A stretch of DNA of 64,000 nucleotides from the IMG/VR virus record IMGVR_UViG_2758568729_000001, positions 32,001-96,000 of that record; one strand, written 5' to 3'. Position numbers and translations under genes: made by a program. Source of the DNA: a virus (Duplodnaviria > Caudoviricetes). This document shows positions 8,522 through 17,457 of this stretch, piece after piece (position 1 is the first letter of the stretch; the number at the start of each line of letters is the position of its first letter). The notes under the pieces were generated by a model that searched no databases, had not been told where the DNA came from, and saw only the letters and a program-made list of their open reading frames with translations.

Positions 8522-10057
8522 ATGACCACTCGCAACCCCACCAAGGCGCAGCTCGTCGCACTGCTCGACGCCATCGCGAACGGCAATGAGGCGTTGCACA
8601 AGTACCGCAAAGACATGATCGACCGAATGGAGCTCGCCGGTCTCCTGGATGGTTACGCCGTCACCGACGCGGGCCGCGTGGCCGCTCACCGCAGCGACCC
8701 GACCGGGTACGCCCTGGCGATTGGCGTCGAGCCGGACGCGCACATCGCCGAGGGCAACGATCTCCGCACGGAGGCCGAGCGGGTTGCCGCCGGGCTGTCT
8801 TCGCAGATGATCGGCACCCTCGGTACGGGGCACGCCAGTGCGCATAGCGCCACGGTGATCGGTCGCCCGCAGGTCATGAAGGCGCTGCGCAGCCGTGGTC
8901 TGATCGGCAACGATGACCGCTGGACTCGACTCGGCTTGGAGGTTGCCGCCATCGTCCTCGGTGGCCGAGTGTGGTCGATCGACGAGCTGCACGTCATGGC
9001 GCTGAGTGATGAAGCGCACGCGGAAGCGCTCGCGATGAACGCCGAGCGCGACACGCAGTTGATCGAGCCCGCGCCTGCGCCGGCCCCGCTGACCACGCGA
9101 GACCTGAAGGTTGGCATGCGCGTCAAGATGCCCGCCGTGTGGTGCACGTCGGACGCACCGTGCGCCCAGTACCGCATCGTCACGAGCGACGCGCAACGCG
9201 AGCCGTACCACAGCCACTCCGTGGAATTCGACGGCGTTGGCGAGGTGTGGCGCTCGGACGCCGAGTGGGAGATCGAGTCCGCCGCGCACGCCGCGCTGGC
9301 GACCGGCCTGCCGCACGGCGTCGGACCGGCGTGCCTCGACGGATGCGTAACCGAAGGCGGGATCACGACGTGCCTCGACGGGTGCCCGCGCTTCGCGGCA
9401 GTCGCCGCAGCGAACCGCTCCACCGTCCGCCCGATCGCGGTCGGCGACCGCGTCCGGGGCCGCGACGTCACCATGGGAAGCACCGTGGAGGGCGCGGTCA
9501 CCGGCATCCTGTACCCGCGCGGACTCGGCTACTACCAGGACGAGCCGACCGACAGGCCGGTCCACTCGCGCAGGTACCACATCACGGCCGACGACGGCCG
9601 CACCCGAATCGTGGAGTGCGCCGAGCGGATCGAGCCGCCCGCCGCCCCGGAGCCGGACGAGATGAGCCAGGGGGAGCGCGACCAGCGCTCGTCCGACTAC
9701 TGGCAGGCCGCCACCGCCAACCTGCCGCGCGTACCCGCGTTCGAGCCGCCCGCGCCCGCCGACGGAGTGAGCGTCGACCAGTGGATCGCCGAGCAGGTGG
9801 CGCAGCTCAGCGAGAACGAGCTGCTGATGGTCAAGGGCGTACTGGACGACATTGCTGCTGGCCGACCGGTGGAGCACTTCGCGGTGGGCACGAAGGTATA
9901 CGTCGGCTCGTACGGCACTACCGAGTTCGTCGTTCAGGGAACGGCGCCGTGGCACGAGAACGGCGTGGTGTCGCGCAAGGTCGAGATCCGGAGCACGACG
10001 GGCAACCTTTCCGGCCACGTCGACCCGCGCGAGTTGCGGCGAGTCGACGAGTCATGA
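8522..10057 (+). CDS. Multidomain hypothetical protein (N-terminal winged-helix-like modules, several small SH3-like beta domains)
   Basis: RBS GGAGG; LKVGMRV, IAVGDRV, FAVGTKV repeats; N-terminus paralogous to 11384-12037. Confidence 0.65.
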   Translation: MTTRNPTKAQLVALLDAIANGNEALHKYRKDMIDRMELAGLLDGYAVTDAGRVAAHRSDPTGYALAIGVEPDAHIAEGNDLRTEAERVAAGLSSQMIGTLGTGHASAHSATVIGRPQVMKALRSRGLIGNDDRWTRLGLEVAAIVLGGRVWSIDELHVMALSDEAHAEALAMNAERDTQLIEPAPAPAPLTTRDLKVGMRVKMPAVWCTSDAPCAQYRIVTSDAQREPYHSHSVEFDGVGEVWRSDAEWEIESAAHAALATGLPHGVGPACLDGCVTEGGITTCLDGCPRFAAVAAANRSTVRPIAVGDRVRGRDVTMGSTVEGAVTGILYPRGLGYYQDEPTDRPVHSRRYHITADDGRTRIVECAERIEPPAAPEPDEMSQGERDQRSSDYWQAATANLPRVPAFEPPAPADGVSVDQWIAEQVAQLSENELLMVKGVLDDIAAGRPVEHFAVGTKVYVGSYGTTEFVVQGTAPWHENGVVSRKVEIRSTTGNLSGHVDPRELRRVDES

Positions 10058-10992
10058 GCCGAACTGGGGCCGAGCTGCCCAGCCTCGGGCAGCTCGGCCT
10101 GTTCGACCCCGGGTGGTGCCAGCGCTGGACCAACGGCAAGAGCCTGTGGCTGCCGACCGGGGATGAGCGGTTCAACCCGAAGCGGCACACCGTACGGGCC
10201 ATCCCGGAGCAGGTGGCCCGTGCGTTCATCTCGACCCACCACTACAGCCACTCGTACCCCGCCGCACGCCTGAGGTACGGCCTCTTTGAGGGCTGCCACC
10301 TGGTCGGCGTAGCGGTGATCGGGCAGCCGATGCACCGGCAGGTCACCGGCAAACCGTTCCCGACGCTGGGCAAGACTGCGGCCGAGTTATCCCGGTTCGT
10401 TTTGCTCGATCCGGTTCCGCCCCCGGCGGAGAGTTGGCTCCTCGGCCGGGTGTTCCGGCTGGCCGCCGCCGACGGGCTCCGTGGCCTGGTCGCGTTCAGC
10501 GACCCCATGCCCCGGCTGGCTATCAACGGTCAGTTGATCATGCCTGGTCACGTCGGCACCATCTACCAGGCGACCAACGGCCGCTACACCGGCCGGGCCA
10601 CCCGGCGCACCCTCGTCGTGCTGCCGGACGGGACCGTGTTCAGCGAACGCAGCCTGCAAAAGATCCGGGGCTGCGAACGGGCCGACGGCGAGCCCATGTC
10701 CCGGCTGGTGACGTATGGCGCCGAGCCGTTCTCCCCGTACCTGCCGCCGGTGGGTTGGCTGCCGGGGGAGTGGAACCGGTTGGACCGGTGGGCCGACCTT
10801 GACCTGCGGGGCCGGCGGAAGGTGTGGCTAAAGCACGCGCTGACCTCGATCGGCGCCCGCCGGGCGCGACACCGGGGCAACCACCGGTTCGTCTGGCCGC
10901 TCGGAGACCGGTCGCAGCGTCGCCGCACGGTGATCGCCCTGGACGCGCAGCCCTACCCCAAGACGACAGATCCGTGGGACCTGGCGGCGTAA
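10054..10992 (+). CDS. Mom-family (GNAT-fold) DNA adenine modification protein
   Basis: ATGA coupling; FISTHHYSHSYP, LVGVAV.G.P, ELSRFVLLD, AESW, LVAFSDP, GHVGTIYQATN..YTG. Confidence 0.8.
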   Translation: MSRTGAELPSLGQLGLFDPGWCQRWTNGKSLWLPTGDERFNPKRHTVRAIPEQVARAFISTHHYSHSYPAARLRYGLFEGCHLVGVAVIGQPMHRQVTGKPFPTLGKTAAELSRFVLLDPVPPPAESWLLGRVFRLAAADGLRGLVAFSDPMPRLAINGQLIMPGHVGTIYQATNGRYTGRATRRTLVVLPDGTVFSERSLQKIRGCERADGEPMSRLVTYGAEPFSPYLPPVGWLPGEWNRLDRWADLDLRGRRKVWLKHALTSIGARRARHRGNHRFVWPLGDRSQRRRTVIALDAQPYPKTTDPWDLAA

Positions 10993-11013
10993 GCCGAAGA
11001 GAGGCAGGACAAC

Positions 11014-11265
11014 ATGGCCAAAACCACCGCAGAAGCTTCATACACCGGCGACCAGGTGGAGGAGGCGTTGAGCAGGGCGGTTGACGACCTCCTGGACCGG
11101 GTCCAGCCGCTCGGCGAGGAGATCGGCGATGCCTTGCGCGTGTTGATGAACGTCGGCATGCACTACCTGGAGCACCCGGATGCTGCCGACCTCGAAGAGG
11201 CCATCGGGGCGAAGTACGCCGAGGACCCGGAGACCGTCATGGGGTGGGTGGCTGCGTGCGACTGA
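11014..11265 (+). CDS. Small acidic hypothetical protein
   Basis: 83 aa, E/D-rich, RBS AGGA. Confidence 0.6.
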   Translation: MAKTTAEASYTGDQVEEALSRAVDDLLDRVQPLGEEIGDALRVLMNVGMHYLEHPDAADLEEAIGAKYAEDPETVMGWVAACD

Positions 11266-11383
11266 CCTCGTCAGCGGCTCGACACGGCACCGGCCCGCCG
11301 ATCGGGCTGTACCCGCTCCCCGAGGACATCGACCGCCGGTCGTGATCAACAATGATCCGATCAGTGGAGAGGCCCGGACGACG

Positions 11384-12037
11384 ATGAACACGCCCACCCC
11401 CAGCCCGGCCCAGCTCAGAGCTTTGCTCGCCGCACTGGCCGGCGACCTCGCTGCTATCCAAACTGGTCGAACCACCAGGCGACGACTGGCTGCCAACGGA
11501 TGGCTCGACGGCCCGCACGCCGACTCGGAGATCACCGACGACGGCCGCGATGCAGCTCGGCGCGCATACCCACACGGGTACGCCGACGCCCTCTCCGTTG
11601 ACGAGGTCCCCGCCGAACTCGACCGGATCGTGGAGCCAGGCGAGCAGGCGTACGCGGTGTACAGGTGGAGCCGCGATCACCGGAAGTACGGGATCGCCGC
11701 TGCGGTTGCCGTCTTCGCCAACTACGGCATTGCCGAGGCGTACGCGGTTGCGCGGGAGCTGGTCGTCAGGTCGGTCTGGCGGGACCTGGGACCGGCGCCT
11801 GTTCCTGTGCTGGAGTCGACCCCGACCCCGGAGCCAACCCCGGATCCGGAGCCGGATCCGGACGACACGGTCCGCGTCGCAGGGGAGGGCGACGGTCGGT
11901 ACCGGGTCATCCGTCACGACGCCTCCGGCACCTGGGCCCTGATCGTGGCCGCCGACGTTGATCCCGACTCGACGCGGGGCGCCCGTTGGGTGTCGACACA
12001 CGAGGTCCGGTCGGCTCCGGACAAGGCGCCAGCCTGA
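11384..12037 (+). CDS. Hypothetical protein with N-terminal module paralogous to 8522-10057
   Basis: PSPAQLRALLAALAG...GWLDG...ITDDGRDAARRAYPHGYADAL. Confidence 0.65.
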   Translation: MNTPTPSPAQLRALLAALAGDLAAIQTGRTTRRRLAANGWLDGPHADSEITDDGRDAARRAYPHGYADALSVDEVPAELDRIVEPGEQAYAVYRWSRDHRKYGIAAAVAVFANYGIAEAYAVARELVVRSVWRDLGPAPVPVLESTPTPEPTPDPEPDPDDTVRVAGEGDGRYRVIRHDASGTWALIVAADVDPDSTRGARWVSTHEVRSAPDKAPA

Positions 12038-12093
12038 GCGAGCTGCTGATACCCCGAGGGCCGGATCGCCGACCGTCGGCGCCACACCCAAAA

Positions 12094-12150
12094 AACTTGA
12101 TAGATATTGCCGCCAGCGTGACCTTCCTGCGGTAACTTGGTAGATGTAAG
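12094..12150 (+). promoter_or_regulatory. Paired-box promoter (boxes 12094 and 12134)
   Basis: AACTTGATAGATAT / AACTTGGTAGATGT, 40 bp apart. Confidence 0.85.
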
Positions 12151-12176
12151 TGCTACCGATTTGCGAGGGAGTCACG

Positions 12177-12677
12177 ATGACCGCCAACGACCGCCTCTGG
12201 GCCGCATTCACCGCCTCCCACCCCGCCGAGGCCGCCCTGATCTGGGCCAACGAAACGTCGGCCCGACCCAACGCGCCCCTCGGCTACGCCTACAGCTCCG
12301 TTGCTGTCGCCGACGAAGCCGACACCAACCCCGAGCAGGCGTTGTGCCTCGTCGCCGACTACCTGACCAGCGTCCAGGACCAGACCATCGGCGGGCGCCC
12401 CCTCCGCGACTACCTCCCCCTCAAGCGAGACGAATACCTCGCCTGCCCCGGGCACCGCACGGACAACACCGCCGGCTACGTCATCCGACTCACCGTCGCC
12501 GGGGGAGAGGTCGTCAAGACCCCGGACGGGCGAACCGGCATCGACGCCTTCGCCGTCGAGTGCGAGCCTCACTGGGGCAACTACGACAAGGCGATCAACG
12601 CCGCGTGCGCGCTCACGGATGAGCACACGTACGCCGTCACCGACCGCCTGTACCGGTGCGGTCACCGCTCGTACTGA
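12177..12677 (+). CDS. Hypothetical protein (single-gene cassette)
   Basis: RBS GAGGGAG; lies between a paired-box promoter and a terminator. Confidence 0.65.
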   Translation: MTANDRLWAAFTASHPAEAALIWANETSARPNAPLGYAYSSVAVADEADTNPEQALCLVADYLTSVQDQTIGGRPLRDYLPLKRDEYLACPGHRTDNTAGYVIRLTVAGGEVVKTPDGRTGIDAFAVECEPHWGNYDKAINAACALTDEHTYAVTDRLYRCGHRSY

Positions 12678-12685
12678 GCTGGCTG

Positions 12686-12718
12686 AGAAGGGGGGCCGGG
12701 CTACCTGGCCCCCCTTCT
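12686..12718. terminator. Intrinsic terminator hairpin
   Basis: AGAAGGGGGGCCGG-loop-CTGGCCCCCCTTCT. Confidence 0.7.
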
Positions 12719-12738
12719 GTGCGCCCGACTAGGGGGCA

Positions 12739-12793
12739 AACTCGGTAGATGAGATTGCCGGATCTCTGCCCCATGCCGTAGATTGATAGATAT
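12739..12793 (+). promoter_or_regulatory. Paired-box promoter, degenerate (boxes 12739 and 12780)
   Basis: AACTCGGTAGATGA / AGATTGATAGATAT, 41 bp apart; TTGCCG-18-TAGATT. Confidence 0.75.
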
Positions 12794-12833
12794 GAGGTAG
12801 TCCGACCGACCTAGCGACGAGGAGCCGAACCCT

Positions 12834-13562
12834 GTGACCACAACCAAAACCCACACCGCCGAACATCCCGGACCCATCACCCTGGACGCCCGACTCGCCA
12901 GCGGTGCCATCACCGTAACCGTCGAAGACCGCACCCACGCCGTCATCACCATCGCCACCGCCGACAACGACGGGACCTCGGCCAACGCGGTCAACGCCGC
13001 CCGCATCAACGACAGCGGCACGAAGATCGCGGTCGGCGTCGACACGGCCGGCGGCGGCAGCGGCGGAGTCGTCATCCAAAGCGGCGGTGTCCAGCGGAAC
13101 ATGTTCAACACCGGTGGCGGCGTCATGATCGCCGGGAACAACTACGGGGTGATCTCCACCGGCAACGGGAGCGTTGTCATCGGCGGCGGGGCCGTCGTGA
13201 TCGGCGGCAGCCCGATCTTTATCGAGGCCAAGCTCCCCGTCGGGTCGTCGTTGCTCGCGGAGACGACCGACGCCCGAGTGGAAACGACCGGCAGCCTGGA
13301 CCGGGCACAGGTCCGCACCATGTCCGGGCACATCCGGATCGACGCCGTGACCACCCCGGACCTGCACACCATGTCGGGTCACATCGACATCCGCGCCCTG
13401 TACGGCGACGGCCGGGCCGAAACCATGTCCGGCCGGATCACCGTGGTCGCGGCGGTCGAGTGCGCACTGCGCGCCCGGTCCATGTCGGGCGACATCGAGA
13501 TCTCGGGCGCCCGCGTCGACCTGGACGCCAGCACCATGTCCGGCCGGCTCCGGACCCGTTGA
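12834..13562 (+). CDS. DUF4097-like beta-strand repeat protein
   Basis: Repeated (T/S)MSGxI motifs; Gly/Val-rich beta repeats. Confidence 0.8.
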   Translation: MTTTKTHTAEHPGPITLDARLASGAITVTVEDRTHAVITIATADNDGTSANAVNAARINDSGTKIAVGVDTAGGGSGGVVIQSGGVQRNMFNTGGGVMIAGNNYGVISTGNGSVVIGGGAVVIGGSPIFIEAKLPVGSSLLAETTDARVETTGSLDRAQVRTMSGHIRIDAVTTPDLHTMSGHIDIRALYGDGRAETMSGRITVVAAVECALRARSMSGDIEISGARVDLDASTMSGRLRTR

Positions 13563-13591
13563 CCATCCCACTACTCACCTGAGGAGCTTCC

Positions 13592-13951
13592 ATGACCGAC
13601 CCCAGCGCCCACTGGGCCCCCCCGGGTGACGCCCGCCCACCTGGCAGGGCTGAACTCGCCGCCATGCTCCGCGCCGTCGCCAACCGCGGTGTCCTCACCC
13701 CGGCGATGGGGCGCCCGGAGGTGCTGGCCGGGATCAGGCGTAAGCGCTGGGCCACCACCCCGACGGATGGCACCCCGTCCACGCTCACCGAATTCGGTCA
13801 CCGTGTGACCCGGGGGGCGAATCCCGAGGCGTACGTGGCGGCGGTGCCCGACGAGCAGGTGCAGGCGTGGGCCGGTCTGATCGCTGCGGCCGAACGGGCA
13901 CCGGAGTCGACCGACCCGCCCGCTGATCACCGAGGAGGTGAAGCGCCGTGA
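13592..13951 (+). CDS. Hypothetical protein, divergent member of the 8522/11384 N-terminal family
   Basis: AELAAMLRAVAN...LTEFGHRVTRGANPEAY. Confidence 0.55.
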   Translation: MTDPSAHWAPPGDARPPGRAELAAMLRAVANRGVLTPAMGRPEVLAGIRRKRWATTPTDGTPSTLTEFGHRVTRGANPEAYVAAVPDEQVQAWAGLIAAAERAPESTDPPADHRGGEAP

Positions 13952-14907
13952 CAACCACGTTGACATATCCTGGTCCGGGTATCGCCTACCGCAACCCTGG
14001 ACCCGGAGCCGCCCGCATGCCCGAAGTTCCGTTTCTGACCCGGACCGACCTGGCCGCCATCGGCACAGAGGTATGGGGGGTGCCAGTCACCGAAACCAAG
14101 ATCACCGAGCTGGTTCGGGAATCACGGCCGGGCGGCAAATACGAGGACGACCCGTTCGTGGGGCCGGACTCCTACCTCGGCAACGCCCCCTGGTGGGCCA
14201 AGGGCCGGGGCCGGACGGTCACCGCCTGGTTCAAGCGGCACATGCCACCCCCCGTGGTCGACGCCGAAGCAGTCGCTGCCGAACGGCAACTCGAACTCGC
14301 CGACGTGCTCTGGTTGGAAGATGTCGCCGCGCTCGGCGGCGTACAAGAGAAGACCATCACCGACCACCTCTACCAGTCACAGGAAGAGGTCGGCGGGAAG
14401 CGCGGCGCAGCCAAGAAGCGGGGCAAGTGGGCCGACGACCCGTTCCCGGCACCGGAGGAGAAGCGGGCTGGACGGCGGGTGTACTGGAAGGCGGAGAGGC
14501 GAGACGAGATCCTGGCCTGGTTCGGCCGGCACCCGCGGCGGCAGGTTGGTGACGGAATCGGCGGGCCGAGCGGAATCACCCGGGCGGAGGCGCAGGGGTT
14601 GCAGCCGCCAAAGCCGCCGAAGCCGCCGAAGCCGCCAGTAAATGCGTCCCCACGCGAGTACCTGGATTGGGCGGCTGGCCACGCCCTTGACATCTACCTG
14701 GCCGGCGACACGGCCAGGGCTATCGACTCGTTCGCGGCCGACCTGGTGCAGCACGAGGGAACGACTCACATCGTTGAGGACCCGGAGTTCCGGTCAGCGA
14801 TGGCGGATGCGGCGGCGAAGGGGTGGGAGGCTTTCAAGGCGGCCATGTCTGGATGGCCGCTGCGGAAGCCGTCGGGGCGGTCGTCGAAGCCGCGCGTCAA
14901 GTCCTGA
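13948..14907 (+). CDS. DNA-binding protein with two tandem AlpA/Xis-like domains
   Basis: Two repeats of HTH...GK(Y/W).DDPF..P.......W.......AWF.RH; PKP linker; helical tail. Confidence 0.65.
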   Translation: MTTTLTYPGPGIAYRNPGPGAARMPEVPFLTRTDLAAIGTEVWGVPVTETKITELVRESRPGGKYEDDPFVGPDSYLGNAPWWAKGRGRTVTAWFKRHMPPPVVDAEAVAAERQLELADVLWLEDVAALGGVQEKTITDHLYQSQEEVGGKRGAAKKRGKWADDPFPAPEEKRAGRRVYWKAERRDEILAWFGRHPRRQVGDGIGGPSGITRAEAQGLQPPKPPKPPKPPVNASPREYLDWAAGHALDIYLAGDTARAIDSFAADLVQHEGTTHIVEDPEFRSAMADAAAKGWEAFKAAMSGWPLRKPSGRSSKPRVKS

Positions 14908-14920
14908 AGTCCTGACGGGA

Positions 14921-14948
14921 GCGCCCTCGTGATCGCGGGGGCGTTTTT
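14921..14948 (+). terminator. Intrinsic terminator
   Basis: GCGCCCTCG-loop-CGGGGGCG then TTTTT. Confidence 0.75.
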
Positions 14949-14956
14949 CGTGGCGA

Positions 14957-15013
14957 AACTTGATAGATGTACTAGCGCTTGAGTCCTTCGTGCGGTAACT
15001 TGGTAGATGTAAG
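14957..15013 (+). promoter_or_regulatory. Paired-box promoter (boxes 14957 and 14997)
   Basis: AACTTGATAGATGT / AACTTGGTAGATGT, 40 bp apart. Confidence 0.85.
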
Positions 15014-15044
15014 GCAGTCGGGTTGCCCAACCAAGGAGACGAAG

Positions 15045-15575
15045 ATGACCACCGCCACCACCGCCACCACCTACAGCGGCGCCAACGGCACCACCTTCGA
15101 CCACATCTCCGTCACCGCCCTCACCGAACGCGACGTCGACCGCATGGAACGCGTCGAGTCCGCCCTGTGCCGCTGGGCCCGCGTCACCCCCATGCACCAC
15201 ACCCAGGAGGATGAGATCTGCGGCGTCATCAACGACGCGCTGATCCTCCTGGAGGAGTACGGCACCGGTGCCGTCGAGAACGCCGCAACCCCTGCTGACG
15301 CCACATACGCCGAGGCCGCTGCGTGGGCGACCGTCCGCAAGGTCACCGCGCAGGCCCTTCGGTTCCCGCTCCCGATCCAGCCGACCGAGCAGATCAGTAC
15401 CGAGGAGCGGACCGCCCGCAGCACCGCACACATCCACCGCGCCGGTACCGCGCTCCTCGCCGGCAAGCAGCCCGAGGCCCTGTACTGGCTCGACGCCGCC
15501 GAGGCCGTCGACCCGGCCCGGGACTACGACGGGCTGTACCACCTGGTCGTCACCCCGTGGGCGATCTGCCGGTAA
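15045..15575 (+). CDS. Hypothetical protein with C-terminal helical hairpin shared with next gene
   Basis: RBS AAGGAG; ALLAGKQPEALYWLDAAEAVDPARDYD. Confidence 0.65.
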   Translation: MTTATTATTYSGANGTTFDHISVTALTERDVDRMERVESALCRWARVTPMHHTQEDEICGVINDALILLEEYGTGAVENAATPADATYAEAAAWATVRKVTAQALRFPLPIQPTEQISTEERTARSTAHIHRAGTALLAGKQPEALYWLDAAEAVDPARDYDGLYHLVVTPWAICR

Positions 15576-15609
15576 CCCGCCCGCGTAGAGCAGGAGAGAG
15601 GAGAGCGGC

Positions 15610-16032
15610 ATGCTCACGCTTGTCGAACTGGCCATGGTCGCCCAGGCCGCCGAGGACTACGCGGCCTGCTGGTACGGGCCGCAACCTGCTGCGGTTTTCA
15701 GCCGGTGGGACTGTGAACGGTACGTCTCCGAGGGCTACCTGAAGCACCTCCACCACCGATACAACCTCGACGAGCTGATGGCGGCCGTGGGCGCGCACCT
15801 GGACGCGAACCCCAACATCCTGACCGCCGGCCGGGTGAGTGCCGCCGAACTCGTCGCCCGCGAAACCGAACGTCACAAGCGGGCCGAGGCCGTGCTTGAC
15901 CAGGCCCTGATCGCCTTCAGGGCGGGACGGCGGGCCGAGGGTTTGCGGCTGATCGACGCGGCCGAGGTTGAGGCACCGCTGATGCGCGACTACGACCGGC
16001 TGCGCGCCCGGGTGAACGCCACCAAATCCTGA
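15610..16032 (+). CDS. Hypothetical protein, C-terminus paralogous to 15045-15575
   Basis: AFRAGRRAEGLRLIDAAEVEAPLMRDYD. Confidence 0.65.
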   Translation: MLTLVELAMVAQAAEDYAACWYGPQPAAVFSRWDCERYVSEGYLKHLHHRYNLDELMAAVGAHLDANPNILTAGRVSAAELVARETERHKRAEAVLDQALIAFRAGRRAEGLRLIDAAEVEAPLMRDYDRLRARVNATKS

Positions 16033-16083
16033 CCTGCGCCGGTCCGCCCCCGACCTGCGCCAACCCGACCAAGGGGGACCACC

Positions 16084-16497
16084 ATGCGACCGATCGACCT
16101 CAATGCCCTACCGGGGCCAATACTCCAGGCGGCCGAACGCGCCATCCTCCTCGCCTGGGTCGCCGGTCGCAGCCTCCCCGACGCGATCGAAGCCGCCACC
16201 AAAGCGGTGGTCCGGGACGCCCTCGCCCGCGACATGACCGTGGCCGGCGCGCAGCGGCTCGGGGACATCACCGTGGCGGTCGGCGCCAAGATGCTGGCCA
16301 ATCTCGACCCAACCCACCTGACGAATCGAGGAACCCAAGATGCCCACGACACCGGCAACCCAGAGCGAACTGTTCACCCTGCTCGTCGACAGCAACGCCC
16401 AGGCCATGCGGGACCTGCTCGTACCGGAAGGGTTCACCCCGTACGGCCCGAACCTCCAGCACGACACCACCGGGGTCATGGTCGCGGTCGGGGCTGA
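16084..16497 (+). CDS. Hypothetical protein; true 3' end uncertain (overlaps next gene)
   Basis: RBS AAGGGGG; plausible coding only up to about 16320. Confidence 0.4.
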   Translation: MRPIDLNALPGPILQAAERAILLAWVAGRSLPDAIEAATKAVVRDALARDMTVAGAQRLGDITVAVGAKMLANLDPTHLTNRGTQDAHDTGNPERTVHPARRQQRPGHAGPARTGRVHPVRPEPPARHHRGHGRGRG

Positions 16498-16645
16498 CGG
16501 GTACCGGATCACGTTCGTGAGCGCCGGCACGTGCGGGCAACTCGGTGTTGTGGACCTGCCGCCGTCGACCGGGTACACGGCCGTGCGCGACACGGCGTTG
16601 GCGTTGCACCGGTTCGTGGCCGCCGAGATCGAGGCGGCGGGCTGA
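16340..16645 (+). CDS. Hypothetical protein
   Basis: RBS GAGGA; typical codon usage. Confidence 0.6.
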   Translation: MPTTPATQSELFTLLVDSNAQAMRDLLVPEGFTPYGPNLQHDTTGVMVAVGADGYRITFVSAGTCGQLGVVDLPPSTGYTAVRDTALALHRFVAAEIEAAG

Positions 16646-16704
16646 CCGGCGCGCGGCTGTTGGCCGCGATCGACCCAACCCATCTGATCGACTGAGGAGT
16701 ACCG

Positions 16705-16917
16705 ATGCTCGTTGAGACGTTGCCCGCCGCCCCGCCGGTGACCCCGCTCGTTGTCCACCCGTGCCAGCCGGCCGAGTTGGAGGAGGTGCGGTTGTCGACC
16801 TGCCCGTACGGGTGCAAGGTCATGCGCTGCGCCGGCTGCCAGGGGGAGCATGTCGTGCACATGCCGGCGTACGGGTGCCCGCCGTGGCGGCCGTACGCCG
16901 TGGCGCCCCGCCGGTAG
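16705..16917 (+). CDS. Small Cys/His-rich (zinc-finger-like) protein
   Basis: H.C...CPYGC...CAGC...H...YGC; RBS GAGGAG. Confidence 0.6.
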   Translation: MLVETLPAAPPVTPLVVHPCQPAELEEVRLSTCPYGCKVMRCAGCQGEHVVHMPAYGCPPWRPYAVAPRR

Positions 16918-16944
16918 TTCGGCTGGAAGCGGTCGGATTCCAAA

Positions 16945-17000
16945 AACTCGGTAGATGTATTGCGTTCAGCTTGACGGTACCGTAACTTGATAGATGTAAG
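16945..17000 (+). promoter_or_regulatory. Paired-box promoter (boxes 16945 and 16984)
   Basis: AACTCGGTAGATGT / AACTTGATAGATGT, 39 bp apart; TTGCGT-17-TAACTT. Confidence 0.85.
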
Positions 17001-17025
17001 TGATGCCGAACGCGCGGAGGGCAAG

Positions 17026-17442
17026 ATGGCCACCACACGCACCGCCCCAAAGGCCACCACCGGCACCAAGGCCATCAACACCGCCCTCGACGCCGGGTTC
17101 GAGATCACCGAACACGGCGCGACCAACGGCCGCTACCGCCACCACCTCGTCGCCGCCGACGGACGCGCACTCATCATCGACACCGCACTCGGCACCGGCC
17201 GGTTCCTCAACGCCGAAGGCCGTAGCCGCTCCTACTGGAACGCAAGCTACCTCGGGGCGCGCAGCCTCAAGGCGCTCCGGGAACTGCTCGCCGCCGGAAG
17301 CAAGACCCCAGAGCAGATGCCGGCACAGGCGGCCGAGCAACGCAGCTCCGAACTCACGGACATGCACCTCGCGGCCCTGGACAACGAGCGCCGGCTGCGC
17401 AACGACCTGCGCCGCGAACGCCGCCACTTCTACGGACGCTGA
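17026..17442 (+). CDS. Hypothetical protein
   Basis: RBS GGAGG; first gene after paired-box promoter. Confidence 0.65.
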   Translation: MATTRTAPKATTGTKAINTALDAGFEITEHGATNGRYRHHLVAADGRALIIDTALGTGRFLNAEGRSRSYWNASYLGARSLKALRELLAAGSKTPEQMPAQAAEQRSSELTDMHLAALDNERRLRNDLRRERRHFYGR

Positions 17443-17457
17443 TCAAAACTCCAGAAC

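Noticed and set aside
11818-11865. CCGGA-type repeats
   Set aside because: Explained by a PTPEPTPDPEPDPD protein linker
14604-14637. 9-bp tandem repeat AAGCCGCCG
   Set aside because: Encodes a PKP linker; no evidence of a DNA-level role
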